A DNA stretch of 64,000 bases from Mytilus trossulus (taxonomy: Eukaryota), in NCBI RefSeq assembly GCF_036588685.1, contig NC_086374.1, positions 13,888,001-13,952,000 on the forward strand. Direction: 5' to 3'. Below are positions 41,880 to 54,254 of the stretch, in pieces; positions within the stretch are counted from its first letter, which is position 1; every line of letters begins with the position of its first letter. The position numbers and the translations under genes are program-made. Under the pieces are notes generated by a model that made no database searches, had not been told where the DNA came from, and saw nothing but the letters and a program-made list of their open reading frames with translations.

Positions 41880-43112
41880 CAAGAATGACAATTTATGTGG
41901 GTAGTCCTTTAGTCTCGAACTGTCCGGATCGAAACCAAGCAGGTTTTCCTCGTTTCCGAATGTCTGAGTTCTACCGGTGGTAATTCGTCAGCATCCTGAG
42001 GTACATCATCATTATCGATCATACTATCATCTGATGAAATACTCTCATCTTCCTCGGCAGCGTTTCCAATAGATTCAATCTCGTCAATCTTGGCGTCCCA
42101 AGAAAGACTGGTAACCTCACCAATGATATCAATGTTGGAGTTTTCAGCAAGACATGATTCGCTGTCCACTGTCAACACAAATCAAACCTCATCAGCTGAA
42201 TCCTTCTTAGTTGCCTGAACCGCCGGTTAGTCTCTGTTTGGTAGGTTGTAACTCTACTGGTTCCTAGTCTCTGATTTAGCCGACTGGAAGAAGAAGATCG
42301 TATGATTCCTTCTGAGTTGCTTGTGCTTTCTTTGATGCTTCTGTTGCTAGTTGGCAGACACATGCAAGTCTATCCCTAAGACCCAGGATGTATGAAATTT
42401 CTTTATTTCCCCCTCTCCATCTTCACGGATGACGGTAAATAGTGGAATGTCTTGATTTGGTTGATCCAGTAAAACATATGGTACATCTTCCTATTAATCA
42501 GCTAACTTGTGTCTGCCATCACAATATACGATCTACACCAACACGGTGTACAGTCTCCTCTGACTCGAAGATTGTATGATTCCTTCTGAGTTGCTTGTGC
42601 TTTCTTGGATGCTTCTGTTGCTAGTTGGTAGACACAGGCAAGTCTATCCCTAAGACCCAGGATGTACTTTGTGGCTGGCATTTTATTGTCTTTGTGAAGA
42701 CCAAAAGCTAAATCCATAGGTAGACGTGACTGCCGTCCAAACTTAGGAAATACGGTGCAAATCATGTTGACTCGTGACGAGTACAGTTGTAGGCTTGAAC
42801 TATGGGTGCAACGTAAGCTTTCAAGTTAGCTTTCTTCTGTCGGTCTAGTGTACCAATCATCGCTATCATGGTGCGATTAAACCTCATTGGCTTACTATTT
42901 CCCATAGGATGATATGGCGTTGTTCTGGATTTCTTCATCCCAGTCAAGGTACATAACTATTTGATAACTTAGCTTTCAAAATTCGCTCTTCTGTCAGAGT
43001 GGATACGTAGTGGAATTCCAAAGTGAACGATGAAGTTGTCAAAGAATGCTTGGGCAATAGTTCTAGATGTTTATATTCCGCGTTGGTAAAGCATGAGCGT
43101 ATCTAGTGAAAC
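41880..43112 (-). mobile_element. Gypsy LTR retrotransposon integrase and C-terminal tail, degraded
   Basis: 'FTRYAHALPT...FIVHFGIPLRIHSD...KSRTTPYHPMGN..RFNRT...VQAYNCTRHEST...FGRQSRLPMDLAFG'. Confidence 0.92.
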
Positions 43113-43423
43113 ATTCTCTTATCATGAATGAAAAAAATATTTTGGAAGACATTTAGTTTTCTTCAGCACTCTCTAAAAGTAAACAAGCAATGACAGAGAG
43201 AACAACTGCGTACGTGTAACCTGTATGATTGGTTGTTACATGAATATGGTATCGAAAGGAAGAAAACAAAAAAAGAAGAAAGACAGACAATACGGCCAGA
43301 AGAATAAGATGAAAAGAACAAACAAAAAATATTTTTAAAGACTGAGCAATCAAATCATATAGAACTGGGATTAAACTCTGATGCTTCACATAAATAGCAG
43401 TTTCTTGTCAATGGACGCATAAA

Positions 43424-44003
43424 AGGAGTAGGTCCAGTAAGACCCCTTTTTGGCCCCAAAATATAGCAGTTTTACAAAACTGTTAATTTGTATACTTTTA
43501 GTTATTCATTGGACAGTATAATGCTTCTGCTACATAAATATGGGCTGTTTTTGACAATACGATGTACATATATCGAGTATTAGCACCATTGAGTCATGCT
43601 AAATTACTGAAATCTTCACAATTCTAGCATTTTGGTTAAATTTTAGACGGTTTCCGCGTAAAACGAAAGTGGCCGCACTCGTGTTCATCCAAAATATTTA
43701 AATGTAAGTTGAATTTGATGATAATACATACCAAATATAAAGATTGAGGATGAACACGGATGCGGCCACGTTCATTTTTGACAAAAACCATCTTAAAAGT
43801 GATATTTTCCGGCATATTTGGTAGATTTTGCACATTTGAGCTTGAATCGGAGCAATTTTAATTATTAAATTAGTTAAAATCTTTCACATAAATTAATTGA
43901 ATCAAATAAAATAGACACTTAAGTGTTTAAAAAGTGGTCAACATCTTTCGTAAGATGAACCTGACATTTGAGGCCAAAATCGATCCTTACCGGACCTACT
44001 CCT
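43424..44003. mobile_element. MITE with AGGAGTAGGTCC TIRs
   Basis: 'aggagtaggtccagtaag' and 'cttaccggacctactcct'. Confidence 0.88.
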
Positions 44004-44009
44004 TTGTTA

Positions 44010-44080
44010 ACAGCACTGGGTCGATGCTGCTGGTTTGAGATTATCAGTCCCCGAGGGTATCCTCAGCTTAGTAGTCTCTG
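44010..44080 (+). repeat. Fragment of the retrozyme-related repeat
   Basis: 'cactgggtcgatgctgctgg...gtccccgagggtatcctcagcttagtagtc' matches the reverse complement of 63030-63085. Confidence 0.6.
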
Positions 44081-44854
44081 AGGTAATGAATACTTTCTTT
44101 TCTTAAATTGTCCATTTATTAATTAATGATTACAATATTAATTGAAACTCTGTTCCGATTGCAAATATCTAATGTTTTATTTGTTATTTGAAAGTAGACG
44201 TTTGAGTGTGTTTGTTTTCATTTATTCACCCAACTTTCTAATAGTCTGGAGACTTTATAAATGTTTTTCGTTTTTATTGGAAGCGTTTGATTTTGTTATG
44301 GGTGTGAACTTCATCATTTTGAAATTGCTTTGGAGTTGTTGTTTTTTTTATAAAAAGAATGTTTTTAAAGAGTTTTTGTATTTTCAAGTTAACTTGACAT
44401 TTTCAATTGTATACTAACGGTTAGTGAATGTATATGGTGTTCGTGTAACTGAATATTAGTTTTCTGTCTAGTTATTAGTCAATGTAGATATATCAATTTC
44501 ATTTTTTTTTATTCAATGAAAAAGCAATTAATTATATTTCACATGGCACTTCGACATATGCTACTTTTGTTTAATGATCAACACTTAAAAATATCTTAAG
44601 TCTGCATCCAATACGGATAGGCCTGATTAAATATATATACAAGAGTTTACTAATGTTCTAATCTCTTGAATAGAATAAAATATAAATGGAGGGAATCGCA
44701 TGATAAAAGGAGTTACACCTGGTACGTTGACAGTGTTCACATACGAATTGTAATCATATTTGAAACACATATTGTTTACATTAGGTTGTAAGATGGTGCA
44801 AAATCATCAAAGAATCTTTGACAAGTTTGATTATGAATTTTATATATAGATGGG

Positions 44855-45632
44855 ACTCTATATAGATGATGTTCTTTCACTAAATAATTCAAAATTTTGT
44901 GACTATTTGGAACGAATCTGTTCCATCGAACTAGAGATAAAGGATACTACAGATACAGTTAAGTCGGCTTCATACATGTAGCTTGACTTAAATCTAGAGA
45001 TTGACAATGAGGGTCGGTTGAAAACAAAACTTTACGACAAAAGAGATGATTCCAGCTTTCCAATTGTGAACTTTCCATGTCTGAGTAGCAACATTCCAGC
45101 AGCACCTGCATACGAGGTATATATCTCCCAATAGATACGATATTCCCGTGCTTGCGTTTTCTATCATGATTTTCTTGATAGAGGGTTGCTGCTCACACGG
45201 AAGCTATTAAACCAAGAGTTCCAAATGGTGAAGTTGAAATCATCCCTTCGAAAATTTTACGGACGCCATCACTAGTTGGTTAACCGTTATGGAATAACCA
45301 TTTCACAAATGATATCGGATATGTTCCTCACGTCGTAATTACAATCCCCTTCCCTTTCATGAATGTGTCCTACCGAATTAGACTATTTACCGGATTTTTT
45401 TTATCACATAAGCAATACGACGGGTGCCACATATGGAGCAGGATCTGCTTACCCTTCCGGAGCACCTGAAATCACCCCTAGTTTTTGGTGGGGTTCGTGT
45501 TGTTAAGTCTTTAGTTTCTATGTTGTGTCAAGTGTACTATTGTTTGTCTGTTTCATTTTCAGCCATGGCGTTGTCAGTTTGTTTTATATTTATGAGTTTG
45601 ACTGTCCCTTTGGTATCTTTAGTCCCTCTTTT
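44855..45632 (+). mobile_element. Penelope-like element RT 3' half (no C-terminal GIY-YIG) plus 3' region
   Basis: 'YIDDVLSLNNS...ELEIKDTTD...LYDKRDD...SNIPAAPAY...SLRKFYGRHH...DMFLTS*'. Confidence 0.92.
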
Positions 45633-47329
45633 AATGAACATGGAAAGCTGAAAGGGTGGACAATGATCATATTTGATCTTTTTGAAAGGCTTCTATATTG
45701 CGCTTAACGTTTTGGAAATTGACTCCCAAATTACGTATTAAAAGATCAACTTATAATAGAACAATTTAGGCTGTAATGTTCCAGTGCCAAGTTAAATGCT
45801 GTACTTAGCTGTATGTCTTTTTTTTCAAATACCCATTGTAACATTCTTGTATGATCTGAATGACCATACAACTACAAAATAATTCTAACAATAGTATGAG
45901 AAGTAATGGATGAGAAACGATTATAAATTTTCTTAAAGTTACTTCTTTAGAAATTATATCTTCAATCGATTATCAACCCCCAATTGGTTTTATGCGCTAA
46001 GTTTATATATTTTGAAAATAAATTTACAAATTATATTGATCGTCGTTTAACACTACGTTCAGTATAGCTGGATATACGTGGCCAGTTTTACCGGTGGACG
46101 AAGTTCGAATGCTCAGAGAAAACCTACGACCTTTGGTAGAAAATAACACAATCCTAATCACATGTAAGGATAACACTAACAGTATTAGTGTTGACAGTGT
46201 ACTGATTCAATTACTTAAAATATTTCGGCCATCCATCGAGATCGCTCAAATTTACGGAAATGAACATCAGTATTCTATAGTTGCCAATAATAATTTACAT
46301 TTTACTTGATTCTTGGTAAGTCTTTGCATTTCATCAGCCATTATGTATAGCGTGTCTTAATGTTAGTATGCGTACTAAAATTGGGACCTACTGTACTGTC
46401 AGTATTTCTTTGTTAGCTTTATCATAGAATAAAGTATTTTTCGTAAACTGGTTTGTTACTGTCCATAAACAAGAAATATGTTTAATTTATTATGTATGTC
46501 TCAGCAGGGTTTCGAATAAGAATACACAAATGATTAATGTTTGTCTATAGTATGATTGTCATGCATTGGTTAATCTAATGCCGTATATGTGAGCATTTAT
46601 AATCAAGTACGATCTTCAACAATGAGCAACCCCAATGCTGTATAGTAAGCTATAAAAGGTGTTGACAATAGTAAATGGTCAACATTTAATGTCCTCTTTC
46701 ATTTTTATAACAAGACCGCTAATTTATGTGATTAATTTACACGAGTCCAGAATGTGTCTGTAATATAATCTAGTTGGGAAGATTCAAGTGCATATGAACC
46801 AATATATTGAATGAAGACAGCGTCATACACTCTATATTTACAATTGAAATTGCATCATATCAGGTTTGATATACGAAATTATATTGTATATACAAGATGT
46901 ATACAACTCCAGTTTCACAATTAAATCATTCGACAAACGTACCAATATTTTCACAATGAACAATGCCATGAACTTATATCATACCGTGATGTATTAAAAG
47001 ATATCCAAGTTAGTTCTATTTATGACAGTTTGTGAGAAGAATCTGTTCCATCTGACAAGTGTTATGATGTATACATTATTGCTGATAATTATTTTAGGAG
47101 TGCCGTTTCAACATTTGTCATATATCTAAAAAGTTGTTAAATTAATGTGACTAATTCTCTCAGACTGAGTATAGATTTTGATATTTGTCTCAATTTGTTA
47201 TTAACCTGGAGACCTATAAAGCTGATTTTTGTTCATCTAAAAGAACGCGAAAATAAAGAATAAGTGAAAGATCATACAAAATCATGACTTAATATTTTTA
47301 AGCTATATTGACTTGATTTTAGTGATTAA

Positions 47330-47600
47330 CAGAGGGGCAAAAGAGCCATTTGAACTCATAGATCGAATATAAACTGACTAAGCCATGGTTAAAAAAGAAA
47401 AATACAAACAATAGTACACACAAGTCAACATAAAAAACTAGAATAATCAACAAAACCCCAATAACTGGGGTGATCTCAGATGCTCCGGAAGGGTAAGCAG
47501 ATCTTGCTTCACATTTGAGACCCGCCGATTTGCTCATGTTATTACCAAACCAGTAAAAAGTATAATACGGTAGGGTTCATTCGTGTAAAGGAAATACGGA
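47330..47600 (-). mobile_element. 3' region of the same Penelope-like family, inverted (further degenerate copy ~20515-20720 +)
   Basis: Reverse complement contains 'gatctgcttacccttccggagcatctgagatcacccc'. Confidence 0.8.
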
Positions 47601-48009
47601 TTAAGTAATTTTCTCACTTACGAAAAGAAACGGTCATTCCTTTCTGTCTAGATAAAAGATTTCATAGTAGGTGTTTTTTTGGGGGACAAGCCTTCAAATC
47701 ATTAGTACATATAAGTAGTAACATACCTCGAAAACTGTCGATAAATCACCCTAACCGGTAGGAGGGGGAAATCGTGCTTTGTAAACAATCACTCTCAAAC
47801 TGACATGATCAGATGATTGATTTCTTGATTAACATATTTTTAATGCTAGGAGGACTTGATTTTCAACAAACGCATTCACATGGTAAAACTGTTCTACTCT
47901 TCTTGCGGATTTATTCCTGTATTCAAAAGTTAGCAATATTATTTAACTTTACCTTCCGCTTTATGTAGTTAACCTCACTCACTTAATACATCGATATATG
48001 GTATATTAA

Positions 48010-48480
48010 GTTTAACGCATCTATCACATCGAACTTAGATAATGCAACAGATACAGTAAAATCTGCATCATATCTGGTCTTACATCTAGAAATTGAAAAT
48101 GATGACCGGTTGTGAACAAAACTTAGAAAAAAGTGATGATTTCAGCTTCCAAAGTGTGAATGTTATCCCTTTCTATGTAACAACATTTAGCAGCGCTTGC
48201 ATATGAAGTGTATTCAGTCCAAGCGAGATCAGACTTATAACAAGGAAGCTATTAACTAGTTCCAAATGTGAAGTCGAAATCCACCTGATAATTTTACAGA
48301 CACCATCATGAATTGATCGGTCGTTACGGTATAGTTTCCAACTGTTACTACAATCCGTCCTCTATTCTTCGAGTGTGACCTACCAAACCACACGACGGGT
48401 GCCACAAGTAGTTCACGATCTGCTTACATGTCCGGATTAACTTAGGTCATTTTTGTATATTGGTGGATTTCATATTGCAA
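48010..48480 (+). mobile_element. Older Penelope-like RT fragment
   Basis: Degenerate homolog of 44910-45500 ('acagatacagtaaaatctgcatcatatctggtcttacatctagaaattg'). Confidence 0.8.
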
Positions 48481-48787
48481 AGTGATTTAGTCTACCATTT
48501 AAGAAAAGGGGACACTAAAAAGAGATGCAACTACTTCCAGAAAATCCAGGGCCGTTAACATATTTTATATCCCTCAGATAACTTTACTGATAACTGTATT
48601 TTTCTCATATATAATTTAACTTAGAGTGAACTTTTATCAGTTTTATTCAAATTTTGACTACTAGAAAACATTAATGTACTCCGCAGCTGAGGATGTTATT
48701 CCTATTTTTGTCGTGAAGCGCCACTGTTGCAGATAGTAATAGTATGCATTTATATAAATATGTTGCGATGCTGATTAAATCAATTTA

Positions 48788-50183
48788 AGCTCCAGTCCCA
48801 CTAGACCAGGATCACCGCGATCTAAAATAAATTCAGAACGTGGACAGGTCACGGTATGAGCGGAAGAAAAAATTATATATTCGTTGCTTTCATGATGCTT
48901 CTACGTCCTCATTACGCATCTACGAAAACCTTGCTACGATTATACTACGTTCTCATCACGCGTATTCTGCAATACTACAATTTTCACGATCTTACTACGC
49001 TCATCACGTTCTCACTACGACCATACAACGATTTTACCACGCGTTTACTGCGATTATTGCACGCTCATACCATAAACATTCTACGATCATACCACTTTCA
49101 TATCGCCATCTTACTACGCCTTCAGCAATAACGTAAATATCGTGTTCCCTAACAATACTGATCAATTCCTTCTATTTCTAATCAATACGTAGATTAATGG
49201 GAAACAGCACAGTCGTGCCACCAAAATAAAATGAAAATCGTGGTGGTAGGGGTAGGGGTAAAGGCAGAGGGGACTCTGATACGACACCTGATTCAGTAGA
49301 AATGTCGGACCGGCCATTCTATCTAGATCACAAGCTATTGCTTGTCCAACAAAATCAAATGACGATGTTTTAATGAACGTAAATGGAAATGACACAGATG
49401 TGTCAAGTATCGTGGTTGGGCCATTGGAGAGCAGAGTTCCAAATAACATACAGATCTAAACTTAGAGGAAGAGCAAATCATAGTAGAAGGGTTTGAGGTG
49501 CATCCTATTTTATACAAGGAGAATATGACTACGTACAAGGTTACCGACATTAAAGAAAGGATTTGGCAAATAAAGCAGAAGAATTCGGCAAATCCATCTT
49601 GGTGCTTAAGACATGGTTTGCCAGCATAAAACTATATACGGATGCTTGATTAAAAAAAATCGGCGAGGGTGACAAAGAAATGACAGAGGGCGATGATTGA
49701 GTGATAAGGAACTTCGATTTCCTCAATCACTATGTTCGAAATAGTGATTTAGTTGGATTCATGTGGGTGGGGCCTGGCATATTTCAAGAGCTTTTGCTGA
49801 GAGTCGCCCCTCGCATCACTTATACATTGGGTCTTCTTTATATAGTAGTAGTTCGGAGTCAAACGCGCGAATGACCCACGACTGTTGTGCGACAGTCGTA
49901 CGACAGTGACACGAAAGTAACACGCGCATCCCATGACATGAAAACCCTAAAAATAGCCCAAAACAGCTCACTATTTCCGTACGACTGTCACACGACCGAA
50001 TTGCGACAACCCACGACAAAAAAATTACAACTTTTTTTCTTTCGTGTACCCATCGTGAATTCATTGTGGATATGTCGTAGCTGATGTGAATTTGTTTTTG
50101 ACATTTTGCAAGACAGTGCCATGACAACTATTTAATAGATCTTGAATGACAAAAAATCGATCGATTGCCGTATGACCGGGGCT
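48788..50183 (+). mobile_element. PIF/Harbinger-like element with TTA TSD and decayed MADF/Myb-SANT ORF
   Basis: 'tta|agctccagtccca...tatgaccggggct|tta'; CTACGA-rich subterminal repeats; ~49460-49650 translates to 'EEEQIIVEGFEVHPILYKENMTTYKVTDIKERIW..AEEFGKSILVLKTWFASI'. Confidence 0.8.
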
Positions 50184-51668
50184 TTAGCAAAACATTTTTT
50201 TTTATCTTGGTCACCAACGCTTTTTATTGTAGGAAAGAAGCAATGATCAAACTAAGTATAAAATCTATAACCTTATAACCTGTAGTATGATATAGAGGGA
50301 CAATATATGGAATTATTACATTGGTTGCAGTGAAAAGTAAATCAAAGAAAAAAACATTTTTTTTTTCATTTTCAACTCTATTTCTATTTGAGAGACAATG
50401 TAATAAAATAAATTAATTACTCTATTTTTTTTAAAACCAGCTCGTGACCGAAGAACAATGATAAATATTTAAAAAAGTAAACTTGTGTCGATCACATAGT
50501 TGTGAATCATGAAGGATAAAGGCGAAAATTATAATGTATCTATTGACCCCTCAGAGAGTTGTTTTAACGATTCTAAACGTGCATTGAGCACGGCACTCTC
50601 TTTACACGAGGCTTCGGATTTGACGTGCCCATATGGACCAGAAGTGACTGCGTACTTGTTTACCTGCAAAGCCAAACGGACGTCCCTTGCACTATTACAA
50701 GGTTTTTACTGCTGTCAGAAGAAAATTAAAAACATTTTATTCACAAATTATAAATGAGAATGTCCGCTAAAGGTAAATTTCAACCTAAATTTCGAAGTAC
50801 ATCTGATGAAATATTTTTGATTTTTTTTAAACACTTAAGTAATGATAATGCTAGTTCCTGATGCACGTCTATGGTATTATTAAAAAGAAGCACCATAATA
50901 ATGTACAAAAGTATGTTACTTTACAATAAATTAGTAAAAATTTAAATAGATTGTAACTAGTAACTAAACAAACAAAGGTTATATACGTTATATACAGTGT
51001 ACCTGTAAATCGTAAAAAAAACTGTTCCTTTATATCACTCTAATTTGCCCAATTGCTCATAAATTATCCATTCATGTTTATTACTTCGACCCATTAATTT
51101 GGTTGGTCTTGTCTTCGTTCTCCTAAAAGTAGGTAAGGACACAAACTGTACTTTGTTTTTATTTGGCCTTTCTTTTTCATTGTTCATGTTTTTAATATAA
51201 TTGCATACATGATATAAAAACGAAAAAAAAAGTACACGCCAATCTGTCATATAGTTTTGATTAAAAAGGCTGTTATTATTAGGAGAACAGAAATATAAAA
51301 TAATTTAGAGATTTTGTAGGTCAATACACATTATAAATTGTTAATATTCATTTATATTAGTATTGACTTTAGAATACCATTATTATACCGTCTTATTGAA
51401 TAAATCCCATATTTCTTGTGTATAAAACCAGTCAATACGATTACCAAGTACCGAATAACTATTTTAAGGCTTACAGTTGTCATGATTTATTAAATACAAA
51501 TATGAAATAACCTTTGATGTACAAAATATTTCAACGGCAAAATACCTCTTTTCAATATTTGACAAACAACTCTACTTCAAATTTCACACGTATTTGTCAA
51601 CACTTCAATTATGTAAATTGGTGTCTTTTCTTACAATTTTCACTACAAAAATCCAAAATCAATTGTTA

Positions 51669-51968
51669 CCCAGTAGTCATCATTTCGGTGTTGACATGAA
51701 TATCAATAATGTGGTCATTTTATAAATTTCCTGTTAACAAAACTTTGAATTTTTCGTAATATTAAGGATTTTCTTACCCAAGACATAGATTACCTTAGCC
51801 GTATTTGGCACAACTTTTTGAAATTTTAGATCCTCAATGCTCTTCAACTTTGTACTCGTTTGGCTGTATAGATATTTTTGATATGAGCGTCACTGATGAG
51901 TATTATGGAGACGAAACGCGCGTCTGGCGTACTTAATTATAATCCTGGTACCTTTAATAAATAGTTAC
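51669..51968 (+). mobile_element. Partial non-LTR retrozyme-type repeat unit
   Basis: Contains a hammerhead; segments also found at 62980-63117(-), 44010-44080 and 63965-64000. Confidence 0.8.
51887..51930 (+). ncRNA. Minimal type I hammerhead ribozyme
   Basis: GCGUCA-CUGAUGA-GUAUuaugGAGAC-GAAA-CGCGCG-UC|UGGCGU. Stem I is GCGUCA/UGGCGU, the core is intact, helix III is palindromic, and stem II has one mismatch. Confidence 0.88.
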
Positions 51969-52572
51969 AACAGACACGACTCCCTCCGCCTCATATTTAG
52001 ACTTATACCTCGAATTTGACCTAAACTGGCTAGAGATATAGGAAGAGGGTTGAGCTCACGAAACTGTTTAATTCCGCCAGATTTTGCAGCTTGTCACAAG
52101 ACTTTTATAAATCTTGTATGTTTTTTGGTTTATTTGTATGTTTGTAGTCTAGTTTGACGTTCATTATCACTGGATTTGTACACCATAGTTAGTACCTATT
52201 TACCAAGACCTTGTCGGTAATTATTCCGTTTCAACTTTACAAGTAATACACGATGATCGTAATGATACTGAGTACTGACGTTGTTAGACGTCTTAATAAC
52301 GAGTGTCATTATTCATATCACTTTTACTGCTTCGTCTGTTTGTTGAGGAATCCATTTGACGTGACTCTGTTCACTTGCATCCCGTCATTGTGTTATAATT
52401 GTTCGATTTAAAGTTTTGTATTTGTGCAATTTTAGCCAACGAGCTTTAAGTATATGCCTTTCAAAGTTTCTTTGATACATATAACGTGGCTATGTGCTAA
52501 TACATCCGCACTTTGTTATATTATTGTGAAAAAACTGTGTATTCTCGTCTTTCATTTTTGCTTATGTGCTTT

Positions 52573-53240
52573 AGGTAGCACTCCACAGTTAGGTGTGTAG
52601 TTTCGCATTTTGGCCCCTGTGGATTTTTCAAATATGAGAGCTAGTGTGCAATAAAATTCATTTTTGGATAGCTGAGTATTAAAATAGCCTTTGTATTGGG
52701 TTTATATGAACATCAAGGTTATGTGATGTATGTAATATAGGCTATTTTCTGTATGACAGTCCGTATTTGCATGTCCATACCATACATTGGTCCGGCAATT
52801 ATTGCAATGTTTTTTTCCAACTTTTTATCGCACGAACTTTGTGTGATTGGATTTTACGAAAAAATGAGGCGAAAGACACCCATTTTTTATTTGATCATTA
52901 GGAAGATTTAAGAAAACAGTTTCTAAAAAGGTATCACTCAAAGGCATTGAAATTCTAGTTTGATCCAAATTTTGGGGGGATATATGACATGTTCACCCCC
53001 CTTTTTACAATATTTTATGGTAAATGAATGCAGAATGTTGCCATGGATACACATAAAAGGAATTAATTTTCATCCTTTTAACTTTTGAAAATTGAATCTA
53101 ATTGAAGATACTGATTACATACATATGCACATGTACAACACAAACAGTTAGATTAATGTATTAGAAATCCAGGAATAGGAGATGACAAAACATGTTGGGG
53201 CTCATTTTTAATTGTATTTTCTAACTGTGGAGTGCTACCT
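52573..53240. mobile_element. MITE with AGGTAGCACTCCACAGTTAG TIRs, inserted in a tandem-repeat-containing interspersed repeat
   Basis: Perfect 20 bp TIR; flanking units 'gacgtggctctgtacttatacatc' at ~52360, 52485 and 53277. Confidence 0.9.
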
Positions 53241-54254
53241 TATCTTTAAGGCTTGTTTTGTTTCTTTGATACATATGACGTGGCTTTGTACTTATACATC
53301 ACGTTATTATGTCGTAAATATAAGTACTCTTGTTGTCTTTTATGTTTGTGAATGTTCTTTGCCTATACACCTTTATGTGCTTCTTCGTTACATATTTGTT
53401 TGGTTTTATAGTGATAATAATTATAACACAGTTTTGGCCGCTGCACCTCCATTTTTACCTAATGTGTCAGTTTGTCTGGTACACACATCGTTGTCAATAT
53501 AATGGAAATTGATGCGCACTGTCATACACGTGAAATGTTTAGCTAGCTATAAAACAAGGTTTAATCCACAAATGTCTAAATCAGAAAAAATGCCTGTCCT
53601 AAGTCAAGAGTATGACAGTTTTTATGCATTCGTGTGATGTGTTTGAGCATTAGACTGCTGTTTGATTACGAACTTTCCGTTTTGAATTTTCCTCATAGTT
53701 CAGTATTTTTGTGATATTGCTTTTAATTGTAGATGAAATTTAAAAGTACGACAAAAATCTATTTAATAAGAAACGTATTTGTAACAAGATTGATATGAGT
53801 ATTGATGGTATTGTATACACTTGTATAAACAAATGTATATATGTATAGGTACAGGAAAGATAAAGCTTAAGGTTATTACATGGCACCGTCCTAAATAACT
53901 CTGTAATATTGGCCGATGGACATTTCAAATTTAGCTTACATCAACAACCGATTTCGTAAATCACACAAAAATCTCGAACAACATGTTTGTTCAACGCATC
54001 CAAATTTAATGTACATTGAGTTGTGAAAGTTTTTTTTTTTTTTTTTTTTTTTTTTTATCTACATCCAATTTCACCTGGATACCCGATGAAGGTAGTTTGA
54101 TTATTGTAATATTGCGTTTATTCTTTTTCTGATTGAACATATCTTTCTCATTTTATTATTTACATTTTTAGTAGTTGGTTAACATTACATTGTTAGGAAA
54201 TTCATTACTCTATTTTGTGTAATTGAATTTAAATCAACGCTTAAATTATATATT

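Noticed and set aside
45350-45400. SECIS element downstream of the Penelope-like ORF (AUGA...AA...GA)
   Set aside because: I could not form the required helix between the quartet and the apical loop by eye.
48840-49136. Two overlapping ~95 aa ORFs
   Set aside because: By-product of stop-poor subterminal repeats of the Harbinger-like element.
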